A stretch of DNA of 32,000 nucleotides from Methanobacteriota archaeon (GCA_027064425.1 JAMOPO010000052.1:52372-84371); one strand, 5' to 3'; shown: positions 1-7,648, counted from the first letter of the stretch. Translations and numbers: made by a program. Notes: generated from the sequence alone by a model not told the origin.

Positions 1-313
<313 letters not shown>

Positions 314-314
<1 letters not shown>

Positions 315-1096
315 TGAAGGTCTCCGTCCCCGGCTCCATCACCTGCTTCTTTTACCCGCTCCGCCACCGCGACCCGAGGCGCGCCGGCTCCATCGGGCTC
401 GGCATCGCCGTCGAGGACGTCGTAAAGATCCGCGCCCGCGTCCTCCGCTCGGACCGCGTCCGCGTGCGCTCGAACTACCCCATCGGCGACGAGATCGCGA
501 GGGCCTGCGCGGAGACGCTCGGCGTGGGGCTCAGCGTGCGGTACGAGTTCCGCGTCCCGCCCGGCTGCGGGCTCGGAACCAGCGCCGCCTCCGCCCTGGG
601 CACGCTGCTGGCCGCCAAGCTGGAGCTCGGCGAGCGACCCGACCCCACGTGGATCGCCCGCCGCGCCCACGAGATCGAGGTTCAGCTCGGCACCGGCCTG
701 GGTGACGTCGCCACCATCTGGCACGGCGGCTCCGTCCTCCGGCTCCGGACCGGCTACCCGGACCGGGTGAAGACCGTGCGCGTGCCGCTCCGGGAGCGCG
801 TCGTCACCCTGGAGGAGCCCGCCCCGATCGACACCCGGAAGGAGCTACCGCGGCTGAGCGAGCGCCTCCTCGAGCCCGCGCTGGCCTACGCGCAGCGCCT
901 CGCCAGGAACCCGGACCCGAGCCTCGCGCTCCACCTCTCCCGCCGCTTCGCTCGGAGGCTCGGCCTGAACCCGCCCCGAGATGGCTCCATCGCCATGCTA
1001 AGCCGCACCAGATTTAGGCTGGGAGAGCGGGACGGGGCCCGCCGCCTGCGGGTCTCATCTCGGCCATTCCCGAAAATGATATCGTCCGTAACCTAG
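314..1096 (+). CDS. GHMP-family kinase, archaeal pantoate kinase-like (COG1829-type)
   Basis: ATG 314 overlaps the sucD stop (ctgATGAag). The N-terminus KVSVPGSITCFFYP resembles the PoK-type xPGHITGFF. GHMP motif II is present as PPGCGLGTSAASAL. The 260-aa product has acidic, real-protein composition. Confidence 0.55.
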
Positions 1097-1119
1097 GCTG
1101 GTATTACGGGGCGGTCGGT

Positions 1120-1296
1120 ATGTGTGAATTCCGGGTGCGCCTGAACGGCGAGACCGTGGCCGAGGACGTGCTGTACCTGGAGGTCAAAGAGGGCGGAGTG
1201 CTCCTGCGCGACGTGATGGGAGAGGAGAAGTTCATCGAGGGCGTTCGGGTCAAGAAAATCGACATGGACGAGCACGTGGTGGAGCTGGAGCGGTAG
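1120..1296 (+). CDS. CooT-family small protein (58 aa; formerly called predicted RNA-binding protein, PF10133-like)
   Basis: Hand-translated; it is below the 60-aa cutoff of the ORF track. ATG 1120 to TAG 1294-1296 gives MCEFRVRLNGETVAEDVLYLEVKEGGVLLRDVMGEEKFIEGVRVKKIDMDEHVVELER. It has the N-terminal Met-Cys-Glu and the beta-rich pattern typical of CooT-like proteins. The 60-aa minus ORF 1093..1275 is its antisense shadow. Confidence 0.6.
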   Translation: MCEFRVRLNGETVAEDVLYLEVKEGGVLLRDVMGEEKFIEGVRVKKIDMDEHVVELER

Positions 1297-1320
1297 TGGG
1301 CTCAGGGCTCATAGGGCTCT

Positions 1321-1983
1321 TCATTCGTCCCCGTCCGTCGGCCTGGAACTCGTCATCGCCCGGATCAGTTCCTCCGCGGTCCGCTCGGGATCCGAGGCCC
1401 GAGTGACCGCACGCCCCACGATTTCGAAGTCGGCCCCGGCCTCGATAGCCGACCCCGGCTCCGCGCCCTGGGCGCCCACGCCCGGGCTGATTATGACCTT
1501 GTCGGTCAGCTCCCGGACCTCTCGCACCCGGGCCGGGTGCGTGGCCGGGGCGACGAACCCCACCACCTCGTCGATGTGGTTGCAAAATCGGACGATCTCC
1601 CGGCACACGTCGTCGTAGAACTGCCTCGCACCCGGGTGGCTCATCGTCGCCACGACCACCACCGGAGCCTCTCGAGCGCACTCCCGGACGACGTCCCGAC
1701 CCACGAACCCGTGCACTATCACGGCGTCCGCGCCGTGGTCGGCTACGGTGGAGACGATGCGCCGTGAGATCTCCGGAATGTCCGCCACCTTCAGGTCCAC
1801 CAGGAGGAAGGACTCGTCCACCGCCTCCGCGACCTCTCGGATCCCCTCCGCACCCGCCTCCAGGACGACGTCGTACCCCAGCTTGAACCCGTCCACCCGG
1901 CCGTCCAGCCGCTCAGCCAGCTCCACCGCCCGCCTCAGCCCCACGTCCAGCGCCACGATCAGGTGCGTGCGCGGCTCGAGCAA
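1321..1983 (-). CDS. pyrF: Orotidine 5'-phosphate decarboxylase
   Basis: TTG start at 1983. Motifs seen: LIVALDV, FKLGYD, LVDLKVADIPEI, and ISPGVGAQG near the C-terminus. Confidence 0.85.
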   Translation of the reverse strand: MLEPRTHLIVALDVGLRRAVELAERLDGRVDGFKLGYDVVLEAGAEGIREVAEAVDESFLLVDLKVADIPEISRRIVSTVADHGADAVIVHGFVGRDVVRECAREAPVVVVATMSHPGARQFYDDVCREIVRFCNHIDEVVGFVAPATHPARVREVRELTDKVIISPGVGAQGAEPGSAIEAGADFEIVGRAVTRASDPERTAEELIRAMTSSRPTDGDE

Positions 1984-2461
1984 GCAGCCGCACCCCCACG
2001 AGCTCCCCGAGATGGTACCCTAAGTCGAAGGCCAGGGCGGCCACCGTCACGGCCGCGGTTAGGGCCCCGACCGCCCAGCCGAGCACGACGCCCACCTTTA
2101 GGACCGGACGGAGCCCCAGCGGGTCCCGTGGATGGACCAACTCGTCGACGGCCGCGAGCAGCGCAACGACCAGGAGCGCGGTCACGTCGAGGTCCGGCGC
2201 CAGGAGCAGCGTCCCGGCGGCGACCGTGACCGCGGCCAGCCCGTGACAGGGCTCGTCGATCTTGCCGACCACCCCGTTCCCCAGGATCAGGCCCAGGTAA
2301 AACTCGGGCCTGACTCCCGCTGGGACGGAGGCGATAGCGGTCGAGGCCGCGAGCGCCCCCGGGACCATCGAGGCGCGGCGCCTCCCGACCCGATCCACCA
2401 GGTCGTCAGCCAGCTTGAGCGCCAGCCCGGAGACCGCGGACAGGAGCGCCCCAATCAGCAT
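1913..2461 (-). CDS. Small polytopic membrane protein, function unknown
   Basis: ATG 2461 overlaps the upstream gene's stop by 7 nt. There are four to five hydrophobic segments rich in A/L/V/G. The 3' end overlaps the pyrF start by 71 nt, so the last ~24 residues (G/A/R-rich) are read out of frame across pyrF. Confidence 0.45.
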   Translation of the reverse strand: MLIGALLSAVSGLALKLADDLVDRVGRRRASMVPGALAASTAIASVPAGVRPEFYLGLILGNGVVGKIDEPCHGLAAVTVAAGTLLLAPDLDVTALLVVALLAAVDELVHPRDPLGLRPVLKVGVVLGWAVGALTAAVTVAALAFDLGYHLGELVGVRLLARAAHAPDRGAGRGAEAGGGAG

Positions 2462-3354
2462 TCGCCGATCCCCAGCCGCTGCAGGACTCCGGTCACGAGG
2501 AGCGGGAACAGGACGGTGTAGTCCCCGATGACGGTGGCGACCTCCGCCTCCTCGCGCACCTTGTCCCAGGACTTACCCTCCTCGAGCGGGGCCCCGCTGA
2601 GGCTTCCGGTCTCTGGCCGGTCCATGGTGATCTGGACCGCGTAGTCGAGCCCGCCCCGGAGCATGGCCGCGCCCATCGCGAAGTGCTTGGGGACGCTCCC
2701 CCCAAGCATGATCGCGCCCAGCTCCTCCGCCTCGAACACCAGGTCGGACAGGTGGTGCATGTCGTCCACCAGGTCCAGGTGCAGGTCGTGGTCCTGGGAG
2801 TACAGCCACACGTGCAGCCCGACCATCGAGTCCAGGATGCCCGGGGAGTAGACCGGGACGCCCTCGTCGGCGGCGGCCCTCAAGAACCCGTCATCGAGCC
2901 GCCTCCCCATCTCCCAGAGCAGCTCCCGCCCCGAGACGCGCTCGGGCAGGTCCTCCAGCACCTCGTGCATGAACCGCTCGAAGCGCTCGAACGCCTCCAT
3001 CGGCACGTGAACGTCGTAGATGCGACCGTACCCGTCGACGTTCCTTCTCCCCTTGACAACGTGAACGCCGCCGAGGGACTCCAGCACGTCGTGCACAACG
3101 TTCGCTCCGGAGGTGATGATCGCGTCCACCAGCCCCTCCCGGATGAGCAGGGCGAACAGGTCCCGGAGCCCGCCCGCGACGGCCGGGCCGGCGACCGTCA
3201 GGAGGACGGTCGCATCCGAGCTCCACATCTCCTCCAGCACCTCGGCGGCGCGCGCCAGCCGGCCCGCCCCGAACGCCCCCACCCTCTCCATCTGCCGCAG
3301 GAACTCGTTCACGTCCATGTCCGGATCGTACCGGAAGGGCCGGCGCTCGCTCAT
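2455..3354 (-). CDS. dys: Deoxyhypusine synthase
   Basis: ATG 3354 forms an ATGA overlap with the agmatinase stop (3351-3353). The sequence FGAGRLARAAEVLEEMW...TVLLTVAGPAVAGGLR...IITSGANVVHD...GKSWDKV is typical DHS. The track ORF reaching 3435 is an N-terminal over-extension. Confidence 0.85.
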   Translation of the reverse strand: MSERRPFRYDPDMDVNEFLRQMERVGAFGAGRLARAAEVLEEMWSSDATVLLTVAGPAVAGGLRDLFALLIREGLVDAIITSGANVVHDVLESLGGVHVVKGRRNVDGYGRIYDVHVPMEAFERFERFMHEVLEDLPERVSGRELLWEMGRRLDDGFLRAAADEGVPVYSPGILDSMVGLHVWLYSQDHDLHLDLVDDMHHLSDLVFEAEELGAIMLGGSVPKHFAMGAAMLRGGLDYAVQITMDRPETGSLSGAPLEEGKSWDKVREEAEVATVIGDYTVLFPLLVTGVLQRLGIGEC

Positions 3355-4124
3355 CCCTCGAGGATCCCCTTGAGGTACTCCCCGATCAGCCGGCAGGCCA
3401 CGACCGGGGTCACGTGGTCCTCCACCGTCGGGCACAGCTCCACCACGTCCAGGTGCGCGCCGGCGCGGCCCGCCGCCCGCACGATCCGGGCCACCTCCTC
3501 GAACCCCAGCCCACCGGGCTCCGGGGTGGTCACGCCGGGCGCCAGGGAGGGGTCCAGCACGTCCAGATCCAGCGACACGTAGTCGACGCGGTCCACCACC
3601 TCCAGGGCCTCCTCCGGCCGGAGAAGGTGCAGCCGGTCTGAGCGCTCGAACTCCTCGCGCTCCCGTCGCGACCAGGTCCGGACGCCCACCAGGTACGCCT
3701 CCCTGGCGTGATCCAGGCAGGAGCGCAGGGCTCCGTCATGCCGGTCCGAGGGGAGCAGGTCCGGGTGGGCGTCCAGCCACAGGATGCGACGCGGGCGCAG
3801 CCTGGAAGCGACCTCCGGGGCGACGGTGTGGTCGCCACCCAGGATGAGGAAGGCGTCGGGCCGGGTCTTGGGCTCGAAGGTCTCGGCGTTCCCCTCGTCC
3901 ACCAGCTCGAGCTCCTCCAGGGGATCCCCCAGCCCGGGCTCGAAAAAGTCCAGCCCGCGCGCCGTCCTTCGGACCGTGTCGGGGGACCTGGCCTGGCCGC
4001 GCGGGTACTCCGGGAGCACGCGCTCCAGCGGTAGGCCAAGAATGGTTACGTCGGGGGAGCGCACCTCTTCGGGGGGGAACGAGAGGGGGAACCGGGGCCT
4101 ACTCCTCCTCCTTGATGTCGACAA
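3351..4124 (-). CDS. speB: Agmatinase / ureohydrolase family protein
   Basis: Mn-ligand motifs are present: [36 protein letters not shown]. The start is ambiguous: TTG 4124 overlaps the aIF5A 3' end by 26 nt, and the alternative is GVG 4064 (GTG). Confidence 0.8.
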   Translation of the reverse strand: MSTSRRRSRPRFPLSFPPEEVRSPDVTILGLPLERVLPEYPRGQARSPDTVRRTARGLDFFEPGLGDPLEELELVDEGNAETFEPKTRPDAFLILGGDHTVAPEVASRLRPRRILWLDAHPDLLPSDRHDGALRSCLDHAREAYLVGVRTWSRREREEFERSDRLHLLRPEEALEVVDRVDYVSLDLDVLDPSLAPGVTTPEPGGLGFEEVARIVRAAGRAGAHLDVVELCPTVEDHVTPVVACRLIGEYLKGILEG

Positions 4125-4503
4125 TCTTGCGCTTACCCGCTGCCTCCATGTACTCCACCGTCACACCCTCCTCCAGCTGCGAGGCCAGCTCCTCGTCGTC
4201 CGGCTTCGGCACCTCGAACGTCTCGTAGGTCTCCGTGTCCATCAGCTGCACCGTGTCGTCCATGACCGAGATCACCTGCGCGGTCTTGCGCTCGACCACC
4301 GGCACCTCTACCTTGGCGTCCACCGGCTTGGTCAGCGTCCGCTTCTTGCCGTCGAAGAGTCCCACCGCGACGATCCTGGCCTTCGCCGACCCGTGCTTGC
4401 CCGGCGAGGACGTCGTGTACTCCACGATCTTGCAGGGCTCGTCGTCGATCATGATGTACTTGCCCTTCTTCAGCTGGCGGACTTCTACCTTCTTGACCGA
4501 CAT
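4099..4503 (-). CDS. eif5a: Translation initiation factor 5A (aIF5A), hypusine-containing
   Basis: ATG 4503. The 134-aa product carries the hypusination loop [15 protein letters not shown] and is preceded by a G-run Shine-Dalgarno-like element (GGGGGGTTATCGA-ATG). Confidence 0.92.
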   Translation of the reverse strand: MSVKKVEVRQLKKGKYIMIDDEPCKIVEYTTSSPGKHGSAKARIVAVGLFDGKKRTLTKPVDAKVEVPVVERKTAQVISVMDDTVQLMDTETYETFEVPKPDDEELASQLEEGVTVEYMEAAGKRKIVDIKEEE

Positions 4504-4510
4504 TCGATAA

Positions 4511-4524
4511 CCCCCCTAGGGGGG
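4511..4524. repeat. Perfect 14-nt palindrome CCCCCCTAGGGGGG in the aIF5A/pdaD divergent spacer
   Basis: Read directly. On the minus strand its 3' half is the G-run 7 nt upstream of the aIF5A ATG. Confidence 0.95.
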
Positions 4525-4543
4525 CGGTCCCCCTGGTCGTCGC

Positions 4544-4556
4544 CTAATAAGCTTAG
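4544..4556. promoter_or_regulatory. Palindromic AT-rich element (CTAATAAGCTTAG) that could act as a bidirectional TATA box for aIF5A (-) and pdaD (+)
   Basis: It is the only AT-rich stretch in the 69-nt divergent spacer. It lies about 26 nt from the pdaD ATG (predicting a leaderless or near-leaderless mRNA) and about 45 nt from the aIF5A ATG (predicting a ~20-nt leader containing the G-run SD). Confidence 0.4.
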
Positions 4557-4572
4557 CCTTGGGGGGACCGGG

Positions 4573-5058
4573 ATGGGATCGACCGCCCGGTACGCCCTGG
4601 TGACCGGGTCCGGCAGGGCGGGCACCTCCCTGGCCGCGTTCGACGCCGCGCTGCTTGACGCGGGCATCGGGGACTGGAACCTGGTGGAGCTCTCCAGCAT
4701 CCTCCCCCCGGGCGCCGAGGAGTCCGAGCTGCCGCCTCTACCCCCGGGAACGATCGTCCCCGCGGTCGTGGCCCGGGCGGTGGGCCGGGGCCCGGTGGCC
4801 AGCTGCGTGTGCGTGGCCAAGCTCGAGTCGGGCTTCGGGGTCATCGCCGAGCGGGCCGGCGAGTCGGACCCGGAGACGGTGGAGGAGAAGGCCCGCAGGG
4901 ACGTGGAGGAGATGGCGAGGGCGCGCGACGAGGAGATCGTCGAGGTCAAGACCGCGACCGCCTTCAACGAGCCGGAGGGGGACGAGTGGGCGGCGGCCGT
5001 GTCGGCGGTCGTCCTGTGGGGGAGGCTCCCGCTTGGAGTCCGTGAAGGAGGAGATTAA
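4573..5058 (+). CDS. pdaD: Pyruvoyl-dependent arginine decarboxylase proenzyme
   Basis: ATG 4573 lies in frame inside the long track ORF 3784..5058. The 161-aa product shows AAFDAALLDAGIGDWNLVELSS|ILPPG, with the Ser41-Ser42 self-cleavage site at nt 4693-4698. Upstream of 4573 the ORF is antisense to aIF5A/speB and has junk composition. Confidence 0.85.
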   Translation: MGSTARYALVTGSGRAGTSLAAFDAALLDAGIGDWNLVELSSILPPGAEESELPPLPPGTIVPAVVARAVGRGPVASCVCVAKLESGFGVIAERAGESDPETVEEKARRDVEEMARARDEEIVEVKTATAFNEPEGDEWAAAVSAVVLWGRLPLGVREGGD

Positions 5059-6058
5059 ACGGATCGTGACCGATCGCGTCCTGCCCCGCGTGTCCCGGGT
5101 CGAGAGAGGGTGGGAGGAGGTCGGCCGCGGCGCCGACGGCACGCCGACGATGCGGGTCGACGAGGTCGCGGAGCGGGAGTTCCTGAAGGGACTCGAGGAG
5201 CGCGGCCTGGAGGCCAGGGTGATCAGCGAGGAGGCGGGCGAGGTGATCGTCGGGGAGTCGCCGGAGGTTACCCTGGTCCTGGACCCGCTGGACGGGTCCC
5301 ACAACGCATCGAAGGGACTGCCGTTTTACTGCGTCTCCGTCGGCTTGGCGGACCCGGAGGCCGACTCGCTCTCGGACGTGGAGGACGGGCTCGTGGTCTC
5401 GGAGCTGATGACGTTCGAGTCGACGGAGCCGGTGGAGGAGCGACCGGTCGTTGAGCGACCGGTCGTCGCGGCGTATTACTACGGGACCGACCGCCTGCCC
5501 ACCGGGCTCCAACGCGAGTTCAAGCTGCGGTGCCTGGGCTCGGTGGCGCTGGAGCTGGCGATGACCTGCCAGGGGATCCTGGACGGGTTCGTGGACGTCC
5601 GCGGGAGCCTCAGGCCGACGGACGTGGCGGGAGCCTTCGGGCTCGGTCGTGACAGCGCCGCCTTCCTGTTCTTCAGGGAAGGGAGGGAGCTCGGCCCGGA
5701 GGACATCCCACTGCGGCCGGACTTCCGCTTCGAGCTGGCGGCCGCCCGGGACGAGGGCACGGCGAAGAGGCTCTACGACGGGCTGCGGGAGGACGTCGGG
5801 ATTCGGCACGTCCAGGAGCTGTTCGGGAAGCACCCGGAGGGACTCACGCGCCACGAGCTCTGCGGCAAGCTGGGAGAGGAGTGCTGCGAACTGGCGCACG
5901 CGGTGGGCAAGGGAGAGGGGTACGAGGAGGAGCTGGCCGACGTGCTCGCCCTGGTGATGAACCTCGCGAACGAGCTCGAGGTGGACGTCCTAGACGCGCT
6001 CAAGCGCAAGTTCCGGCGGGTGTTCGAATGCCGCGGGCGCCGAGGACGGTCGGGATAA
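5042..6058 (+). CDS. Inositol-monophosphatase/FBPase-family (MJ0109-like) domain fused to a C-terminal MazG-like NTP pyrophosphohydrolase domain
   Basis: The likely GTG start at 5042 overlaps pdaD by 17 nt. IMPase motifs: ISEEAG, LDPLDGSHNA, RPTDVAGAF. From about nt 5800 the sequence LGEECCELAHAV...YEEELADVLALVMNLANELEVDVLDALKRKF is a MazG/all-alpha NTP-PPase signature. Confidence 0.7.
   Translation: MKEEIKRIVTDRVLPRVSRVERGWEEVGRGADGTPTMRVDEVAEREFLKGLEERGLEARVISEEAGEVIVGESPEVTLVLDPLDGSHNASKGLPFYCVSVGLADPEADSLSDVEDGLVVSELMTFESTEPVEERPVVERPVVAAYYYGTDRLPTGLQREFKLRCLGSVALELAMTCQGILDGFVDVRGSLRPTDVAGAFGLGRDSAAFLFFREGRELGPEDIPLRPDFRFELAAARDEGTAKRLYDGLREDVGIRHVQELFGKHPEGLTRHELCGKLGEECCELAHAVGKGEGYEEELADVLALVMNLANELEVDVLDALKRKFRRVFECRGRRGRSG
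5438..5467 (+). repeat. Tandem 15-bp in-frame duplication (gagcgaccggtcgtt / gagcgaccggtcgtc) encoding ERPVV-ERPVV
   Basis: Read directly from the sequence; 14 of 15 nt are identical. It lies inside the IMPase-like domain. Confidence 0.95.
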
Positions 6059-6855
6059 CCGGGCGCACGGACGTGGACGAGGCCACCGAGGTCGCGCGCG
6101 AGGTCTGCCGGCTGTGCCGCGATTACGGGCTCGAGGTCGTCGTGGACGAGTCGCTGGGGATCGAGGGCGTGGAAACGGCGGACGTCCGCTCGCTGGGCGA
6201 GACCTCGGACGTGATCATCACCATCGGCGGCGACGGCACCATCCTCCGCGTCTCTCGCCTCACGTCCGAGCACGAGGTGCCCATCTTGGGGGTCAACCTG
6301 GGAAAGTTCGGGTTCCTCACCGAGGTCGGCAAGGATGAGATCCGGGACGCGGTCCGGAGGCTGGCGGAGGGGGAGTTCGAGGTCGAGGAGCGCAGCAAGC
6401 TGCTCGTTGAGGTCGGCGGGGAGGAGCGCGGAGACGTGCTCAACGAGGTGACCGTGATCACCAGCCGCCCCGCGAAGATGATCCAGTACGGCCTGCTGAT
6501 CGACGGGTTCGAGGTCGAGCGGGCCTGGGCCGACGGGGTCCTGATCTCCACCCCCACGGGCTCGACGGCCTACTCCCTGTCCGCCGGTGGCCCGATCGTC
6601 GAGCCGGAGGTGGAGTGCACGATCATCACGCCGCTCAACCCGTTCAAGCTCGAGGCACGACCGATGGTCGTCTCGATGGATCGCCGGATCGAGGTCGAGG
6701 TGCACGACCCGGACCGCGCCGAGGTCGTGCTCGACGGGCAGAAGTACCTCAAGTTCGACGAGCCCGTGATCGTCAGGCGCTCCCCGAGGAAGGCCCTGTT
6801 CGTGCGGTTCGACTCCTCGTACTTCGAGCGGCTGAGGGAGAAGTTCTTAGGGTAG
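6028..6855 (+). CDS. nadK: NAD kinase
   Basis: ATG 6028 overlaps the upstream gene by 31 nt. Motifs: ITIGGDGTILR, NLGKFGFLTE, STPTGSTAYSLSAGGPIV. Confidence 0.88.
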   Translation: MPRAPRTVGITGRTDVDEATEVAREVCRLCRDYGLEVVVDESLGIEGVETADVRSLGETSDVIITIGGDGTILRVSRLTSEHEVPILGVNLGKFGFLTEVGKDEIRDAVRRLAEGEFEVEERSKLLVEVGGEERGDVLNEVTVITSRPAKMIQYGLLIDGFEVERAWADGVLISTPTGSTAYSLSAGGPIVEPEVECTIITPLNPFKLEARPMVVSMDRRIEVEVHDPDRAEVVLDGQKYLKFDEPVIVRRSPRKALFVRFDSSYFERLREKFLG

Positions 6856-6957
6856 GCGGGTGGCCCCGCGTGCGCCGGCTGGCCCGACGGGCCGCCCGAG
6901 CGGCCCTCCGAGCCCTGGTGTGCGGACGGATCACGCCGGCGCTCTCGCGGGTGTCCT

Positions 6958-7233
6958 TCATCCTCTGGAGGACCCTCTACCGCGAGGGTCGCAGAGCGAA
7001 GACACCACCCTGAGCGCCCGGACGGCCAACCGCACGTCCTCCTCGCGCACCGTTTTACGGCCCGCGTGCCGCGCGGCGATCACCGACAGCTCCGCCAGGA
7101 CCCGCCCGAGCTCGTCGATCAGTCGGTAGTACTCCTCCTTCGCCTCCATCCGGACGCCCACCACGTCCCCCGCCGAGCGGGCGGACTCCCGCAGAATCCG
7201 CTCCAGCACGTTGGTCGGTAAGTCCACGTCCAT
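6958..7233 (-). CDS. Archaeal histone-fold protein (single fold) with a short C-terminal tail
   Basis: From ATG 7233: MDVDLPTNVLERILRES...AARHAGRKTVREEDVRLAVRAL. This aligns with HMf-type histones (ELPIAP..RI.K; ARHAGRKTI.AEDIELA). There is an extra ~14-aa tail, SSLCDPRGRGSSRG. An alternative GTG start lies at 7242. Confidence 0.75.
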   Translation of the reverse strand: MDVDLPTNVLERILRESARSAGDVVGVRMEAKEEYYRLIDELGRVLAELSVIAARHAGRKTVREEDVRLAVRALRVVSSLCDPRGRGSSRG

Positions 7234-7648
7234 GCCCACCACCTCCGGGGTGCCCGGGTTGCGGGCCTACGTCCTAGACACCTCCGCCTTCATCAAGGGT
7301 GCCGTCCCGCACCGAGGGCGGCTCTACACCGTGCCCGAAGTCGTCGACGAGCTGCGCGACCCGCTCTCCCGAGCCCGGTACGAGTCCTCCGACGTCCGGG
7401 TCCGCGAGCCCGCCGAGTGGGCCGTCAACCGAGCCCGGAGACGCGCCCAAGTCACCGGCGACGCGGACCGCCTGTCCACCACGGACCTAAAGGTCGTTGC
7501 GCTGGCCGTCGAGCTGCACTCCGAGGGGAAGAAAGTAACCGTGGTCAGCTCCGACTACGCGGTACAGAACGTCGCGAAGTCCCTGGGAATCGACGTCTTC
7601 GGCCCCGTGCACGGCGAGATAAGGGAGGTGAGGGGTCCAAGCCGATGA
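7232..7648 (+). CDS. nob1: PIN-domain endonuclease, Nob1-like, lacking the C-terminal zinc ribbon
   Basis: YVLDTSAFIKG...YTVPEVVDELRD...TGDADRLSTTDLKVVALAVEL...VVSSDYAVQNVAKSLGI matches the archaeal Nob1 PIN domain. The start is ambiguous (ATG 7232, GTG 7250 or TTG 7259). The protein ends at TGA 7646-7648 with no CxxC pairs. Confidence 0.7.
   Translation: MPTTSGVPGLRAYVLDTSAFIKGAVPHRGRLYTVPEVVDELRDPLSRARYESSDVRVREPAEWAVNRARRRAQVTGDADRLSTTDLKVVALAVELHSEGKKVTVVSSDYAVQNVAKSLGIDVFGPVHGEIREVRGPSR

Noticed and set aside
1297-1320. Triple GGGCTC repeat (GGGCTCAGGGCTCATAGGGCTC) in the 24-nt convergent spacer between the CooT-like gene and pyrF.
   Set aside because: It is too short to distinguish from chance. 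No function can be supported, and no similar motif occurs elsewhere in the window.
3108-3120. RUGAUGA-like C-box strings (GTGATGA at ~3112 and ~14958; TGATGATGA at ~12556), examined as possible C/D-box sRNAs.
   Set aside because: All lie inside well-supported coding regions. None has a properly spaced CUGA D box, a terminal stem or C'/D' elements.
3784-4572. 263-codon N-terminal extension of the pdaD ORF (track ORF 3784..5058).
   Set aside because: The extension is antisense to speB and aIF5A and crosses the divergent promoter spacer. Homologous PdaD proteins are ~160 aa and begin near the MGSTARY sequence at 4573.
4964-6705. Minus-strand ORFs of 311 aa (4964..5899) and 310 aa (5773..6705).
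   Set aside because: They are antisense to the IMPase-MazG and NAD kinase genes. They are R/P/L/D-rich with no motifs.
6856-6957. 102-nt very GC-rich convergent spacer between nadK and the histone gene, with small hairpins (GGCCC-gac-GGGCC at 6881-6893; GGCCGC-ccga-GCGGCC at 6890-6905). I considered it as a possible ncRNA or terminator.
   Set aside because: The stems are short and overlapping and could arise by chance at this GC content. There is no oligo-T tract, no C/D or H/ACA box pattern, and no promoter-like element. The evidence is not sufficient to call a feature.
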